A program made the position numbers and the translations under genes. A DNA stretch of 64,000 nt from Bacteroidales bacterium (lineage in GTDB: Bacteria > Bacteroidota > Bacteroidia > Bacteroidales > UBA3663), in assembly GCA_045600485.1 (NCBI GenBank), contig JAZRXX010000033.1, positions 2,474-66,473 on the forward strand, written 5' to 3'. Below are positions 17,217 through 26,718 of the stretch, one piece after another. Under the pieces are notes generated by a model. It was given only the letters and a program-made list of their open reading frames with translations. It had not been told where the DNA came from and made no database searches. Within the stretch, counting starts at the first letter, position 1. The number at the start of each line of letters is the position of its first letter.

Positions 17217-17406
17217 TGGTTCCGGCTTGTAAGTTCTGGCCAACATCTGCAACATACAGATTGTCTTGAAACTTGGTCCTAAAGTTGGCATGTTTGCATC
17301 TGCTGATGCGCATAAAGGAGTAGAGCGATGTTGCATAGGCAATGTTGGTATTTAATAAAAACTTCATTGATCTCCCTTTCAGAAGGGATTCATATATAAA
17401 ACGAAG

Positions 17407-17445
17407 AATCCGCGACTTTATTGTAAAAGCCGCGGATGTTTTTTT
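17407..17445. terminator. Possible bidirectional hairpin terminator between convergent genes
   Basis: AATCCGCG (17407-17414) pairs with CGCGGAT (17431-17437), followed by a T-run at 17439-17445. The loop is long (16 nt), so confidence is modest. Confidence 0.35.
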
Positions 17446-18038
17446 CAAATTGCTAATGTGATATGATGTTCATCAGCAATCTTGCGCATATTGATTACTG
17501 CGTATCGCACTCGACCTAAAGCCGTATTGATGCCGACACCCAACTTCTCGGCTATATCCTTATACGACATATCTTTATAATAACGCATAATGACAATCTC
17601 ACGTTGATTCTCTGGCAAATAGTCAATCATACGTCGTATATCCGATAGAACCTGGCGATAAGAGATCTCATCCTCACAGCATGAATCAAACTCATCTCCT
17701 GCCAAATCCTTACGTCCGAAGATATCATAATCCACATCACATTCATTAATCATCTGCTCGTTCTGCTGCTGGCGGAATGCGTCGATAATCAAATTGTGTG
17801 CAATACGGAACAGGAACCCGACAAACCTGCCTGACTCTTGATATCGGCCAGACTTGAGTGTAACGATTACTTTTGTGAAGGTGTCTTGGAACAAATCCTC
17901 CGTCAATTCTCTATTCTGAACAACTGAGTAAATGTATGAATAGAGGTTATTTTTATGACGGCTCAACAGCTCGTCAAACGCTTCGTTTTTACCCTGCGCG
18001 TAAAGAGCAACGAGGCTCTCATCAGATAGATTTTTCAT
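17445..18038 (-). CDS. RNA polymerase sigma-70 family factor (ECF-type)
   Basis: Region 2 (LYSYIYSVV...EDLFQDTF) and region 4 (LPENQREIVIMRYYKDMSYKDIAEKLGVGINTALGRV). Confidence 0.85.
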   Translation of the reverse strand: MKNLSDESLVALYAQGKNEAFDELLSRHKNNLYSYIYSVVQNRELTEDLFQDTFTKVIVTLKSGRYQESGRFVGFLFRIAHNLIIDAFRQQQNEQMINECDVDYDIFGRKDLAGDEFDSCCEDEISYRQVLSDIRRMIDYLPENQREIVIMRYYKDMSYKDIAEKLGVGINTALGRVRYAVINMRKIADEHHITLAI

Positions 18039-18117
18039 CTAAACCTTAGTTTTAAATTAAAGCGTAGAGATTTACTATAGGCGTTTATATTTAAGTTGTT
18101 TGTTTGATTTGGTGACG

Positions 18118-18125
18118 CAAAGATA
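18118..18125 (-). promoter_or_regulatory. -7 promoter box (reverse complement TATCTTTG) for the sigma factor gene
   Basis: Exact TAnnTTTG on the minus strand, 80 nt upstream of the ATG at 18038. Confidence 0.4.
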
Positions 18126-18286
18126 GATTATTTTTTTAATATGTAGAACAATTTTTATCGAAAAATTGCGTTTTTTGTCTCTTTTTTTGTAAAATTCACC
18201 CGTATTTGTTGTATTTTCCATGTTTTTTTCGTACTTTCGCACACATAAATACAACAAATAACAACAAAAAATAAACAAACTCAATT

Positions 18287-19207
18287 ATGAAACCAACTCT
18301 TTTTCTTCTTGCTGCCGGTATGGGCAGTCGTTACGGTGGTTTGAAACAGCTTGATGGTCTGGGACCAAACGGCGAAACCATTATGGACTATTCTATCTAC
18401 GATGCCATTCAGGCTGGTTTTGGCAAGATTGTATGGGTAATCCGCAAAGATTTCGAAGAGCAGTTCCGCACTCAGATTCTTGCCAAATACGAAGGTCACG
18501 TTCCATGCGAGCTCTGTTTTCAGAGCATCGATGCTCTTCCTGAGGGATTTGCTGTTCCTGAAGGTCGCGTCAAGCCATGGGGCACCAACCATGCTGTCCT
18601 GATGGGCAAAGATGTTATCAAAGAGCCTTTCTGCGTCATCAACTGCGACGACTTCTACAATCGCGATGCCTTCATGGTAATTGGCAAGTTCCTTTCTGAA
18701 CTTCCAGAGGGAGCCAAGAACCAGTATGCAATGGTCGGTTTCCGTGTTGCCAACACCTTGAGCGAAAACGGTACTGTAAGCCGTGGCATCTGCTCGAAGG
18801 ACGAGAACGGTTGTCTTACCACTTGTGTCGAGTGCACCAAGATTGCTCGTGTCGATGGCAAGGTTGCTTATCGCAAAGACAACAAGGAGGATGGCGAATG
18901 GGTAAACGTAGCCGATGAGACTCCAGTTTCCATGAACATGTGGGGCTTCACTCCTGACTACTTTGAGTATAGCGAAGCATACTTCAAGGAATTCCTCTCT
19001 GATCCAGCCAACATGCAAAACCTCAAGGCCGAATTCTTCATTCCACTGATGGTCAACAAGCTCATCACCGAAGGTACAGCCACCTGCAAGGTTCTCGACA
19101 CAACCTCTAAGTGGTTCGGTGTTACTTATGCAGAGGATCGTCCTGAGACCGTTGAGCGTATCGCTTCTCTCGTAGCCGATGGCACCTATCCAAACAAACT
19201 GTTTTAA
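18287..19207 (+). CDS. Sugar-phosphate nucleotidyltransferase family protein
   Basis: N-terminal LLAAGMGSRYGGLKQL is a nucleotidyltransferase G-rich loop. The 352 aa ORF on the opposite strand is a codon-aligned shadow ORF. Confidence 0.7.
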   Translation: MKPTLFLLAAGMGSRYGGLKQLDGLGPNGETIMDYSIYDAIQAGFGKIVWVIRKDFEEQFRTQILAKYEGHVPCELCFQSIDALPEGFAVPEGRVKPWGTNHAVLMGKDVIKEPFCVINCDDFYNRDAFMVIGKFLSELPEGAKNQYAMVGFRVANTLSENGTVSRGICSKDENGCLTTCVECTKIARVDGKVAYRKDNKEDGEWVNVADETPVSMNMWGFTPDYFEYSEAYFKEFLSDPANMQNLKAEFFIPLMVNKLITEGTATCKVLDTTSKWFGVTYAEDRPETVERIASLVADGTYPNKLF

Positions 19208-19241
19208 GCGCACAACACTGCACATTTGACAGTTTTTATTT

Positions 19242-19320
19242 CTCAAGAAGATTTGAAGAACGGAAGATTGTTCGATACTGTCACTACGACAAAAATCTTC
19301 TCTCTTCACCTCTTCTTGAG
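19242..19320. repeat. Family A hairpin repeat, copy 2
   Basis: CTCAAGAAGATTTGAAGAA ... AAATCTTCTCTCTTCACCTCTTCTTGAG. The termini match 4114-4175, and the loop is different and longer. Confidence 0.65.
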
Positions 19321-19377
19321 ACTTTTTTTCACTCGACACTTAATTCTTATTACTTCACTTTTAACCCATCTCAAACA

Positions 19378-20571
19378 ATGAGACACATTCTCTCGACTTT
19401 GCTTCTTGGATCAGCCTTGACTATTTCAGGTTTTGCACAAGAGCAATTACCTTCACGCGCCGACATTCTTCAGCAAATGGAGAAAGTCAATACGTGGTTC
19501 ATGAAACGTCATCCTGATCCGACCGTCAAGTCTTTTGGCAAAGGAAAGTATAGAACATCCAATCTATGGACTCGTGCTGTCTATTACGAAGGACTGATGG
19601 CTCTTTATGGAGTCAATCCTCGTCAGGAATACTATGATTACACCTACCAATGGTGCGATTTTCACAAGTGGGCACCACGAAATGGCATCAATACCAACGA
19701 TGCCGACAACTATTGCTGTTCTCAGATATATATCGATATGTATCGCTTGGCTCCTTCGCCCGAAAAGCTCCAGTATGTGATCAGCAACTGCAATATGTAT
19801 CTGAATACTCCCGACAACTCCGATTGGTGGTGGATCGATGCAATCCAGATGGGTATGCCAGTATTCGCCAAGTTAGGCAAGACTACAGGCAATACAGCCT
19901 ATTGGGACAAGGCACATAAAATGTATATGTACACGCGCGACACATTCGATGGTGGTCTTTGGAATGCCAAGGATGGCTTGTGGTGGCGTGACATGGACTT
20001 CAATCCTCCTTACAAGACACCACAGGGCAAACAATGCTATTGGAGCCGTGGCAATGGCTGGGTAGTAGCTGCTCTCTGCCGTGTCATGGACGAAATGCCG
20101 GAGAACCATCCATATTATAAGCAGTATAAGGCAGACTTGCTCGCCATGCTAAAGAGCCTCAAGGGCCGTGTACGCGAAGATGGCACCTGGAACTGCTCGC
20201 TCGATGATCCTGAAGATTTCGGTGGCATGGAAGTAACTGGTACTTCGATGTTCATTTATGGCATGGCTTGGGCTGTTCGTCACAACTATGTCAAGGCCGA
20301 GGAATATATGCCACTCATCGCAAAGGCTTGGAATTCGATGGTCAAGAATGCGATACACCAGGATGACGGAATGCTTGGATTCCAACAGGGAACCGGCAAG
20401 GAGCCTAAAGAGAGCCAGCCAACCCTCTACGACAAGATTCCGGATTTCGACGATTTCGGTATCGGTTGCTTCCTCCTATGTGGTGCCGAAGTCTATCAAC
20501 TCAGCCCAGGCGAACAGGGCGCAGGCGCTCGCAAGCTCTTGGGCGACAAAGTAAAGAACCAAAAGCGTTAA
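19378..20571 (+). CDS. Glycoside hydrolase family 88/105 protein (unsaturated glucuronyl/rhamnogalacturonyl hydrolase-like)
   Basis: Signal peptide, WWWIDAIQMGMP and YWSRGNGWVVAAL motifs of the six-hairpin GH88/GH105 fold. Confidence 0.7.
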   Translation: MRHILSTLLLGSALTISGFAQEQLPSRADILQQMEKVNTWFMKRHPDPTVKSFGKGKYRTSNLWTRAVYYEGLMALYGVNPRQEYYDYTYQWCDFHKWAPRNGINTNDADNYCCSQIYIDMYRLAPSPEKLQYVISNCNMYLNTPDNSDWWWIDAIQMGMPVFAKLGKTTGNTAYWDKAHKMYMYTRDTFDGGLWNAKDGLWWRDMDFNPPYKTPQGKQCYWSRGNGWVVAALCRVMDEMPENHPYYKQYKADLLAMLKSLKGRVREDGTWNCSLDDPEDFGGMEVTGTSMFIYGMAWAVRHNYVKAEEYMPLIAKAWNSMVKNAIHQDDGMLGFQQGTGKEPKESQPTLYDKIPDFDDFGIGCFLLCGAEVYQLSPGEQGAGARKLLGDKVKNQKR

Positions 20572-20588
20572 ACATTAAGCGTTAAATC

Positions 20589-23291
20589 ATGAAACGGATA
20601 CTATACACAATCAGTCTTGCTGCCATATCAGCTTCGGCCATGGCGCAATCTGTTGATTGGCCAGAAGCAGCACAAGTTGCTAAACCTGGCACACGTTGGT
20701 GGTGGATGGGGTCATCGGTCGATAGTGCCAACCTCACCTACAATCTTGAAACCTATGCTAAAGCTGGTATCGGCGCTGTCGAGATCACACCTATCTATGG
20801 AGTCAAGGGCAACGAATCGAAAGAAATTGACTTCTTGTCCGATCGTTGGATGAATATGTTGAAGCACACCGAAGCAGAAGGCAAGCGCGTCGGTATTCTT
20901 GTGGATATGAATACCGGTACGGGTTGGCCATTCGGTGGACCAGAGGTTACAATCGACGAAGCTGCAGGCAAACTCTCCTACCACATTTGGAAGGTGGGCG
21001 AAGAGGAGCCAAAGTTCGATGCCAAGGAGTTGAAGAACGAACCCAAACTGATGGGCACCTGGACCTATGGTGACACCTTGAACATTGCCTTATACAGCAG
21101 CCACACCCGACAGGCTGTCAAACGTGCAGCACCTGGTGGTGTCGGCTATGTAATGGATCACCTGAACCCGAAGGCAGTCAACCATTACTTCGAACGCTTT
21201 ACCGAAGCCTTCAAGCGAACTGGCACACCAGCACCAAATTCCTTCTTCAACGATTCATACGAAGTCTATGGTGCAGACTGGACGCCAGCCATGCTCACCG
21301 AATTTGAAGCACGTCGTGGCTATAAGCTCGAAGACTATCTTCCAGCCTTCCTCGACAGCAAGGATCCTATGCACAGCCTGCTCGTTCAGGATTATCGCGA
21401 AACAATGTCCGACCTCCTGCTTGAAGTCTTTACCCACAGTTGGGCCAAATGGGCGCACAGTTTGGGCAGTACCGTCCGAAATCAGGCACATGGATCACCA
21501 GCCGACTTGCTCGATGTCTATGCAGCTGTCGATATTCCAGAGATTGAGGGATATGGCTTGAGTGACTTCAAGATCAACGGCCTCCGTACCGACTCGATGT
21601 GGCGTCACAACGATTCCGACCTCTCGATGCTCAAATATGCTTCATCAGCAGCCCATGTAACGGGCAAGCCTATCGTTTCGAGCGAAACCTTCACCTGGTT
21701 GTCTGAGCATTTCCGCACTTCATTGAGCCAATGCAAGCCGGACTTCGACTTGATGCAGATTGGAGGTGTGAATCACTGTTATTTCCACGGAACAACCTAT
21801 TCGCCTAAAGAATACCCTTGGCCCGGACATCTATTCTATGCTTCGATGGAAATGTCTCCAATCAATACCATTTGGCGCGATGCACCGGCATTCTTCCAGT
21901 ATATTACCCGCGTACAGAGTTTCATGCAGTACGGTGCGCCCGACAATGATCTGTTGCTTTATATGCCGGTCTATGATGCCTGGTACGAGAATCCAGACCG
22001 TCTGCTGATGTTTGCCATCCATGGCATGGAAAAGAAAGCTCCTCGCTTTGTCAAAGCAGTCAATACCATCTACAACGCCGGCTACGATATGGACTATATG
22101 TCCGACCGTATGCTCCAGGCATGCAAAGTGGGTTCCGACGGACGTATCATCACTTCGGGTGGTGCCCGCTACAAGGCATTGATTCTTCCAGGTGTGCGTT
22201 TCATGAAACCAGAAACCATGCAACACATCGTCGATCTCGCCAAGGCAGGTGCTACCATACTCTTTGTCGATGGTATCCCAGCACAGGTTCCAGGAATGTA
22301 TAACCGCGATGAACGCATGAAGCAGCTGGCCGAAGTGACCGCCCAATTGCCTAAGAATGTACTCCAGGCCAACGACTACCAGACAGCCCTGCCTCTGCTT
22401 ACCCAGGTATTACCCGAAGGCATGAAGAGCCAGTTTGGAGCCAAGTGCATCCGTCGCAGCAACGAGACAGGTTATCACTACTTCATCTCTTCGCTCCAAG
22501 CCAACGATATTGACGGAGACGTTGAGTTAGGTATTCAGGCCAAGTCTGCCATTATCTTCGATGCTTTGACTGGCAAGCGCGGCATTGCAGCTGTTTCGCA
22601 CAAGAACGGCAAAACCTGCGTCCACCTCCAGTTAGCCAGTGGACAGAGCTGCATACTGCAGACCTATACCGACCTCAGTGCCGAGCAGCTCAAAGCCAAA
22701 GATCCAACACTTACTGATTGGACCTACCTCTATCCTATTGCCAACAAAGAGATGGATCTCTCTGCCAATGCTTGGATCATGAACGTATCTGCGCTCGACA
22801 ATGCCAAGCCACTTACCCAGCAGGAGTACAAGCTCGCTGCGATAGCACCTTGGACATCGATCGAAGAACTTCGCAACACCAAGGGTACGGCAACCTATAC
22901 CACAACCGTCAAGCTCAACAAGAAGCAATTGGCTGAGGCCAAGGATTGGATGCTCGATATGGGCGATGTACGAGAATCTGCTCACGTTTACGTCAATGGC
23001 AAGGATGCAGGTATTGCCTTCTCGGTTCCATTCCGACTCAACATTGGCCAGTATCTTAAAGCCGGCAAAAACGAGATTCGCATTGAGGTCACTGGACTTT
23101 GTGCCAACTATGTTGCTCAGATGGATCGCGACGGTGTTCAATGGCGCAACTTCAAGGATGCCAATATCGCAGTCCTTCCGGGTTATCACAAGGATCCTAA
23201 GTACAACACCTACTCATGGTGGGGCACAGTTCCTTGCGGATTGAACTCCAGCGTCAAGTTGGTGCCATTAACATCAAACATCAGCCGTTAA
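20589..23291 (+). CDS. Large secreted glycoside hydrolase, GH106-like (alpha-L-rhamnosidase family) with a C-terminal sugar-binding-like domain
   Basis: Signal peptide, then PGTRWWWMGS...GIGAVEITPIYG...GTGWPFGGP. I recall this as typical of Bacteroides GH106-type enzymes. The family assignment is from memory only. Confidence 0.5.
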   Translation: MKRILYTISLAAISASAMAQSVDWPEAAQVAKPGTRWWWMGSSVDSANLTYNLETYAKAGIGAVEITPIYGVKGNESKEIDFLSDRWMNMLKHTEAEGKRVGILVDMNTGTGWPFGGPEVTIDEAAGKLSYHIWKVGEEEPKFDAKELKNEPKLMGTWTYGDTLNIALYSSHTRQAVKRAAPGGVGYVMDHLNPKAVNHYFERFTEAFKRTGTPAPNSFFNDSYEVYGADWTPAMLTEFEARRGYKLEDYLPAFLDSKDPMHSLLVQDYRETMSDLLLEVFTHSWAKWAHSLGSTVRNQAHGSPADLLDVYAAVDIPEIEGYGLSDFKINGLRTDSMWRHNDSDLSMLKYASSAAHVTGKPIVSSETFTWLSEHFRTSLSQCKPDFDLMQIGGVNHCYFHGTTYSPKEYPWPGHLFYASMEMSPINTIWRDAPAFFQYITRVQSFMQYGAPDNDLLLYMPVYDAWYENPDRLLMFAIHGMEKKAPRFVKAVNTIYNAGYDMDYMSDRMLQACKVGSDGRIITSGGARYKALILPGVRFMKPETMQHIVDLAKAGATILFVDGIPAQVPGMYNRDERMKQLAEVTAQLPKNVLQANDYQTALPLLTQVLPEGMKSQFGAKCIRRSNETGYHYFISSLQANDIDGDVELGIQAKSAIIFDALTGKRGIAAVSHKNGKTCVHLQLASGQSCILQTYTDLSAEQLKAKDPTLTDWTYLYPIANKEMDLSANAWIMNVSALDNAKPLTQQEYKLAAIAPWTSIEELRNTKGTATYTTTVKLNKKQLAEAKDWMLDMGDVRESAHVYVNGKDAGIAFSVPFRLNIGQYLKAGKNEIRIEVTGLCANYVAQMDRDGVQWRNFKDANIAVLPGYHKDPKYNTYSWWGTVPCGLNSSVKLVPLTSNISR

Positions 23292-23315
23292 TTCATAAAC
23301 ATAAATCTTCACTAA

Positions 23316-24611
23316 ATGGACTACAAATCCACTTTAGATTTTCTTTATGCTCAGCTCCCTGTGTTCGAAACGCAGGGAGCACATGCTTATAAGCCAGGAC
23401 TCGAGCGATGTGAAGCCATGGACGCAGTCCTGAATCATCCACACCGCAAGTTCAAGACCATTCATGTAGCAGGCACCAATGGCAAGGGGTCCTGCAGTCA
23501 CACATTGGCCAGCATTCTTCAAAGTGCAGGCTACAAGGTCGGTTTGTTCACCTCTCCCCACCTGCTTGATTTCGACGAACGAATCCGCGTGAATGGAGAA
23601 CCCATCGACCACCAGTACGTAACAAACTGGGTAGAACAGGAATATCCCAAACTGAAGGACGAGCAGCCCAGCTTCTTCGAGCTCGCTACCATGATGGCCT
23701 TTTGCTATTTTGCCCAACAGCAGGTAGATGTAGCTGTAATCGAAGTCGGTTTAGGTGGACGACTGGACAGTACCAACATCATCACCCCCGAAGTTTGTGT
23801 CATTACAAACATTTCGTTCGACCACATGCAGTTCCTCGGAGATACCTTACCACAGATAGCAGCCGAAAAGGCGGGCATCATGAAACCGGGGATTCCCTGC
23901 ATCATTGGAGAATGCAAGGACGACCGTGTACATTTCACCTTCCAGCAGAATGCACAATTGCATCAAGTGGAAGATCTTGTCTTTGCCGACACTCGTCCGC
24001 AGGTACTCTGGATTCGCAATTGCATTGACCACATAGAGTACGAGACACTCGCCGATGGCACTTTGCACTCCCCCCTCATGGGAGAATGTCAACCGCACAA
24101 TGCCAACACGATACTTTGGGCTGTGCGCAAGCTTCGTGAACGTGGTTTTAAGATTTCCGAGCAACAACTGCACGATGGCTTCCGTCTCGTCTTGAAGCAA
24201 ACTCATCTGCGTGGGCGTTGGGAGATTTTACAGGAGACCTCCCCTACCATAATCTGCGATACAGGCCACAACGAAGGTTGTTTCCAATATCTTGGCCCAC
24301 AGTTACATACTCTTGCAAGTAAGTCAGATAGCAAACTGCGCATAGTTTTCGGTATGGTACGAGACAAAGACATCAGCGCTGTTCTTAAATATCTGCCCAC
24401 ACAGGCACTTTATTACTTCTGTAATGCCGATACTCCACGCGCCCTGCCGGCAAAGGAACTCCAGCAATTGGCAGAACCTTTTGGAATCACAGGCAAGGCC
24501 TATTCTTCCATCACCGAAGCCTATCGTTCAGCACTTGCTGACTCATCTTCTTCGGACACGATCTTCATTGGTGGATCAAACTTTATTGTCTGCGAGGTCA
24601 TGAAGTTATAG
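23316..24611 (+). CDS. folC: Bifunctional folylpolyglutamate synthase / dihydrofolate synthase
   Basis: HVAGTNGKGS P-loop, SPHL and EVGLGGRLDSTN motifs of the Mur-ligase-like FolC. Confidence 0.9.
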   Translation: MDYKSTLDFLYAQLPVFETQGAHAYKPGLERCEAMDAVLNHPHRKFKTIHVAGTNGKGSCSHTLASILQSAGYKVGLFTSPHLLDFDERIRVNGEPIDHQYVTNWVEQEYPKLKDEQPSFFELATMMAFCYFAQQQVDVAVIEVGLGGRLDSTNIITPEVCVITNISFDHMQFLGDTLPQIAAEKAGIMKPGIPCIIGECKDDRVHFTFQQNAQLHQVEDLVFADTRPQVLWIRNCIDHIEYETLADGTLHSPLMGECQPHNANTILWAVRKLRERGFKISEQQLHDGFRLVLKQTHLRGRWEILQETSPTIICDTGHNEGCFQYLGPQLHTLASKSDSKLRIVFGMVRDKDISAVLKYLPTQALYYFCNADTPRALPAKELQQLAEPFGITGKAYSSITEAYRSALADSSSSDTIFIGGSNFIVCEVMKL

Positions 24612-24764
24612 GCAATTATACAATTTTGTACCTGAATAAAAAATTTCCAAAAACAACAATTTTACGATTAAACAAGATACAAAATGACACAAACTAACAA
24701 AAAAAGATATACATTTTCCGCAAAACAACAAATTTTTGACTGAATGTTTATTGTTTTCATTTTT

Positions 24765-25076
24765 GGACGAATTGATTATTCTATCTCAAAAAAAAGCCGT
24801 ACCTTTGCACCGTCAAACAATGAGACAAGCAGTCAACTTGGAGACGTTGTTTGATATAATTTCTTTATGCCCAAATGTATATCTAATTAGATTGTGTTAT
24901 TTTTGTTATCAATTAAGCCAAGTGTGTATTAAATGTTTAATCAATTGTGTATCCAAGTGTGTATTAAATGTTTATTGTAAGAATTTGATTTGGAAGTTTA
25001 TTATTAAGGTTTAGGTATTTATTCATGTACTAAAGTGTTTGGTCCGGTGCTCCCCCACAGAGCGCCGGCTTTTTTT
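24765..25076 (+). ncRNA. Candidate small transcription unit 1 (sRNA or small-peptide gene): promoter box, roughly 260 nt body, intrinsic terminator
   Basis: TACCTTTG -7 box at 24800-24807. Terminator: stem CCGGTGCTC (25044-25052) / GAGCGCCGG (25060-25068) plus T7 (25070-25076). The unit contains a 64-codon Cys-rich ORF (24820-25014) and a 22 bp direct repeat CCAAGTGTGTATTAAATGTTTA at 24918-24939 and 24953-24974. It is homologous to unit 2 on the opposite strand. Confidence 0.35.
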
Positions 25077-25140
25077 CTATAAGGCACTCACGCAGGGGAG
25101 ATATTCATTTGTCCACCTGGGGATCCAACCGTATTGGGCG

Positions 25141-25350
25141 AAAAAAAATCCGGCACTCTTCACAGAGCGCCGGACCAACCACTAATACTACTAACTAAAA
25201 TTGACGACCTTTTTTAATTAACTTCCAAATCACTATATACATGAAAAAATATTGGGCATTTTAAGAAAGCGCAAACAAATCTAACAACTTTCATTTGTTT
25301 GACGATGCAAAGATACATCCATTTTTCGAGTTACCTTTACCAATTCGTCC
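25141..25350 (-). ncRNA. Candidate small transcription unit 2, an inverted paralogue of unit 1
   Basis: Minus-strand TATCTTTG box at 25308-25315. Terminator: stem 25149-25158 / 25165-25174 followed by T8 on the minus strand (25141-25148). It shares GGACGAATTG, CTTTGCAYCGTCAAACAA, ATGCCCAA, GATTTGGAAGTT and GGTCCGGYGCTC blocks with unit 1. It contains a 26-codon ORF (25214-25294). Confidence 0.35.
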
Positions 25351-25438
25351 AAAACTTCTTCATTTACACTTTCTGGCAAAAAAGTAAGATTTTCCACCCT
25401 ATTTTTCCACCGAAAATGATTTGAATACAGCTGGAAAG

Positions 25439-25702
25439 TTATCGTCCCATGCCGCAACCTCCGCCAGATCTGAACATATCACGTTCCGAAACCACAAAGG
25501 ATGTGACCTGAGATTCATTGATTTCTCGAAGTTCTCGGCGACCTTCGATGTAATCCTTATACATATCTTCGACGTCGTTGCTATAGAAATTCTCGCAACC
25601 TTCGTCGCAATCTTCGAGAGAGCGTCGAACAATCTCTATTCTCTCCTCGCGCGTTGTATCCTTGATAAGTATAGACATTTTCAAACCTGTACTTTTAGTC
25701 AC
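25439..25702 (-). CDS. Small acidic hypothetical protein (79-87 aa) ending in SGGGCGMGR
   Basis: ORF immediately downstream of the XRE gene (5 nt gap). An alternative start lies at 25678 (MSILIKD). The protein is acidic, with a CDEGC motif and a Gly/Cys C-terminus. I recognise no family. Confidence 0.5.
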   Translation of the reverse strand: MTKSTGLKMSILIKDTTREERIEIVRRSLEDCDEGCENFYSNDVEDMYKDYIEGRRELREINESQVTSFVVSERDMFRSGGGCGMGR

Positions 25703-25707
25703 CGGTA

Positions 25708-26055
25708 TTACTTTTTTCTCTCCGAAGGACGAACCTTGCGAAGCGAGTCATCTGCACTGGAAGCAGATTGCTTAGCCTTGACATTACGACGGCGCACAGC
25801 CTTTGGCTTACGGCCATCGCCAGTGAAATCACCCTCGTGATCCTTAAGGAAGGCATCAAGCAAGTCCATTCGATCGAGCGCATTAAGCATCAGGATAATA
25901 GTTTCGAGCGAAGTATTGTGACCTGTTTCAGTCTGACTGATTGTAAAGAGAGAGAGGCCTGTTCTTTCGACCATGACGGTCTGCTTCATGTTCTGTGCTA
26001 GTCGAAGTTCTTTCATACGGGCACCAATGGCCTTCAAAACATCTTTTAATTCCAT
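25708..26055 (-). CDS. XRE-family helix-turn-helix transcriptional regulator with a basic C-terminal tail
   Basis: IGARMKELRLAQNMKQTVMVERTGLSLFTISQTETG is a Cro/C1-type HTH. The C-terminus is RKPKAVRRRNVKAKQ...RKK. Confidence 0.75.
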   Translation of the reverse strand: MELKDVLKAIGARMKELRLAQNMKQTVMVERTGLSLFTISQTETGHNTSLETIILMLNALDRMDLLDAFLKDHEGDFTGDGRKPKAVRRRNVKAKQSASSADDSLRKVRPSERKK

Positions 26056-26115
26056 AATGATAATTAGATTATTTGTTATTGTAAAGACTAAAATTGCAAT
26101 ATATCAGGAACAGGA

Positions 26116-26718
26116 TCAACGATTGATAATCTGATGTCCCATTCTGGTAAGTTCTGTATAGATTTCAACACATGCGACCGCATCGAAAGCGGCATAGGCG
26201 AGTTGCTTATCGGTCAAACTGGGCGCCTCCCAATTCGTGAGACGTTGACGTTTGGAAATGCGTTTTCCGAACAGGAGCGCATAGATCTTGGCGAGACTCA
26301 TCTCTTCGATGCCATATCCTTTGACCAGATGCTGCAGTTCGATGACAGCTCGTGGGGCTAATGTTTCATCCCACTTCCGAAGATTCTGGAAATCATCGTG
26401 CGTCGAAAGCCCCACCTTGATGACCGTATTGTCTTCAAGCAACTGCTTGAGGCATGCAGGCAGGCCATTCATCAGATTCAACCGGAACAAATAGGCAGTC
26501 TTCCCAACCGAAAGCTGAACAAGACAAACCTTGTAGGACACGCCCTTGACAAAAGCTGGACGTGTTTCGGTGTCGAAGCCAACCACACTACGAGAATCGC
26601 GTATGGCTGCAATTGCAGCTTCAGCCTGCTCTTCATTATTGGCCACAACGATATTCCCTGTGTGTCCGATGACAGGCAGCTGGTTGAATGCTTCTTTATC
26701 TATTTTATTCGGTATCAT
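26116..26718 (-). CDS. 3'-5' exonuclease (DnaQ/RNase D-like) domain protein
   Basis: VGFDTETRP (ExoI), LSTHDDFQNL and YAAFDAVA (ExoIII) motifs. Confidence 0.8.
   Translation of the reverse strand: MIPNKIDKEAFNQLPVIGHTGNIVVANNEEQAEAAIAAIRDSRSVVGFDTETRPAFVKGVSYKVCLVQLSVGKTAYLFRLNLMNGLPACLKQLLEDNTVIKVGLSTHDDFQNLRKWDETLAPRAVIELQHLVKGYGIEEMSLAKIYALLFGKRISKRQRLTNWEAPSLTDKQLAYAAFDAVACVEIYTELTRMGHQIINR

Noticed and set aside
17203-17448. 81 aa ORF directly downstream of the ECF sigma factor, considered as a possible anti-sigma factor.
   Set aside because: It has a TTG start, no TM helix and no zinc-binding anti-sigma motif. It spans a hairpin or terminator-like structure and overlaps the 3' end of the convergent 664 aa gene. 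It is most likely spurious.
24736-25014. 92 aa ORF as given in the track.
   Set aside because: Its 5' part runs across the predicted promoter box at 24800-24807. Only the 64-codon version from the ATG at 24820 could be real, and even that may be non-coding. The homologous unit on the other strand uses different frames for the shared blocks.
25077-25140. Short similarity between 25083-25110 and 37322-37385 (AGGCACTCACGCA ... GGGA(A/G)ATATT), considered as a further repeat family.
   Set aside because: Only about 25 matching bases interrupted by a large indel. This is too little to call without a genome-wide search. I mention it only as a lead.
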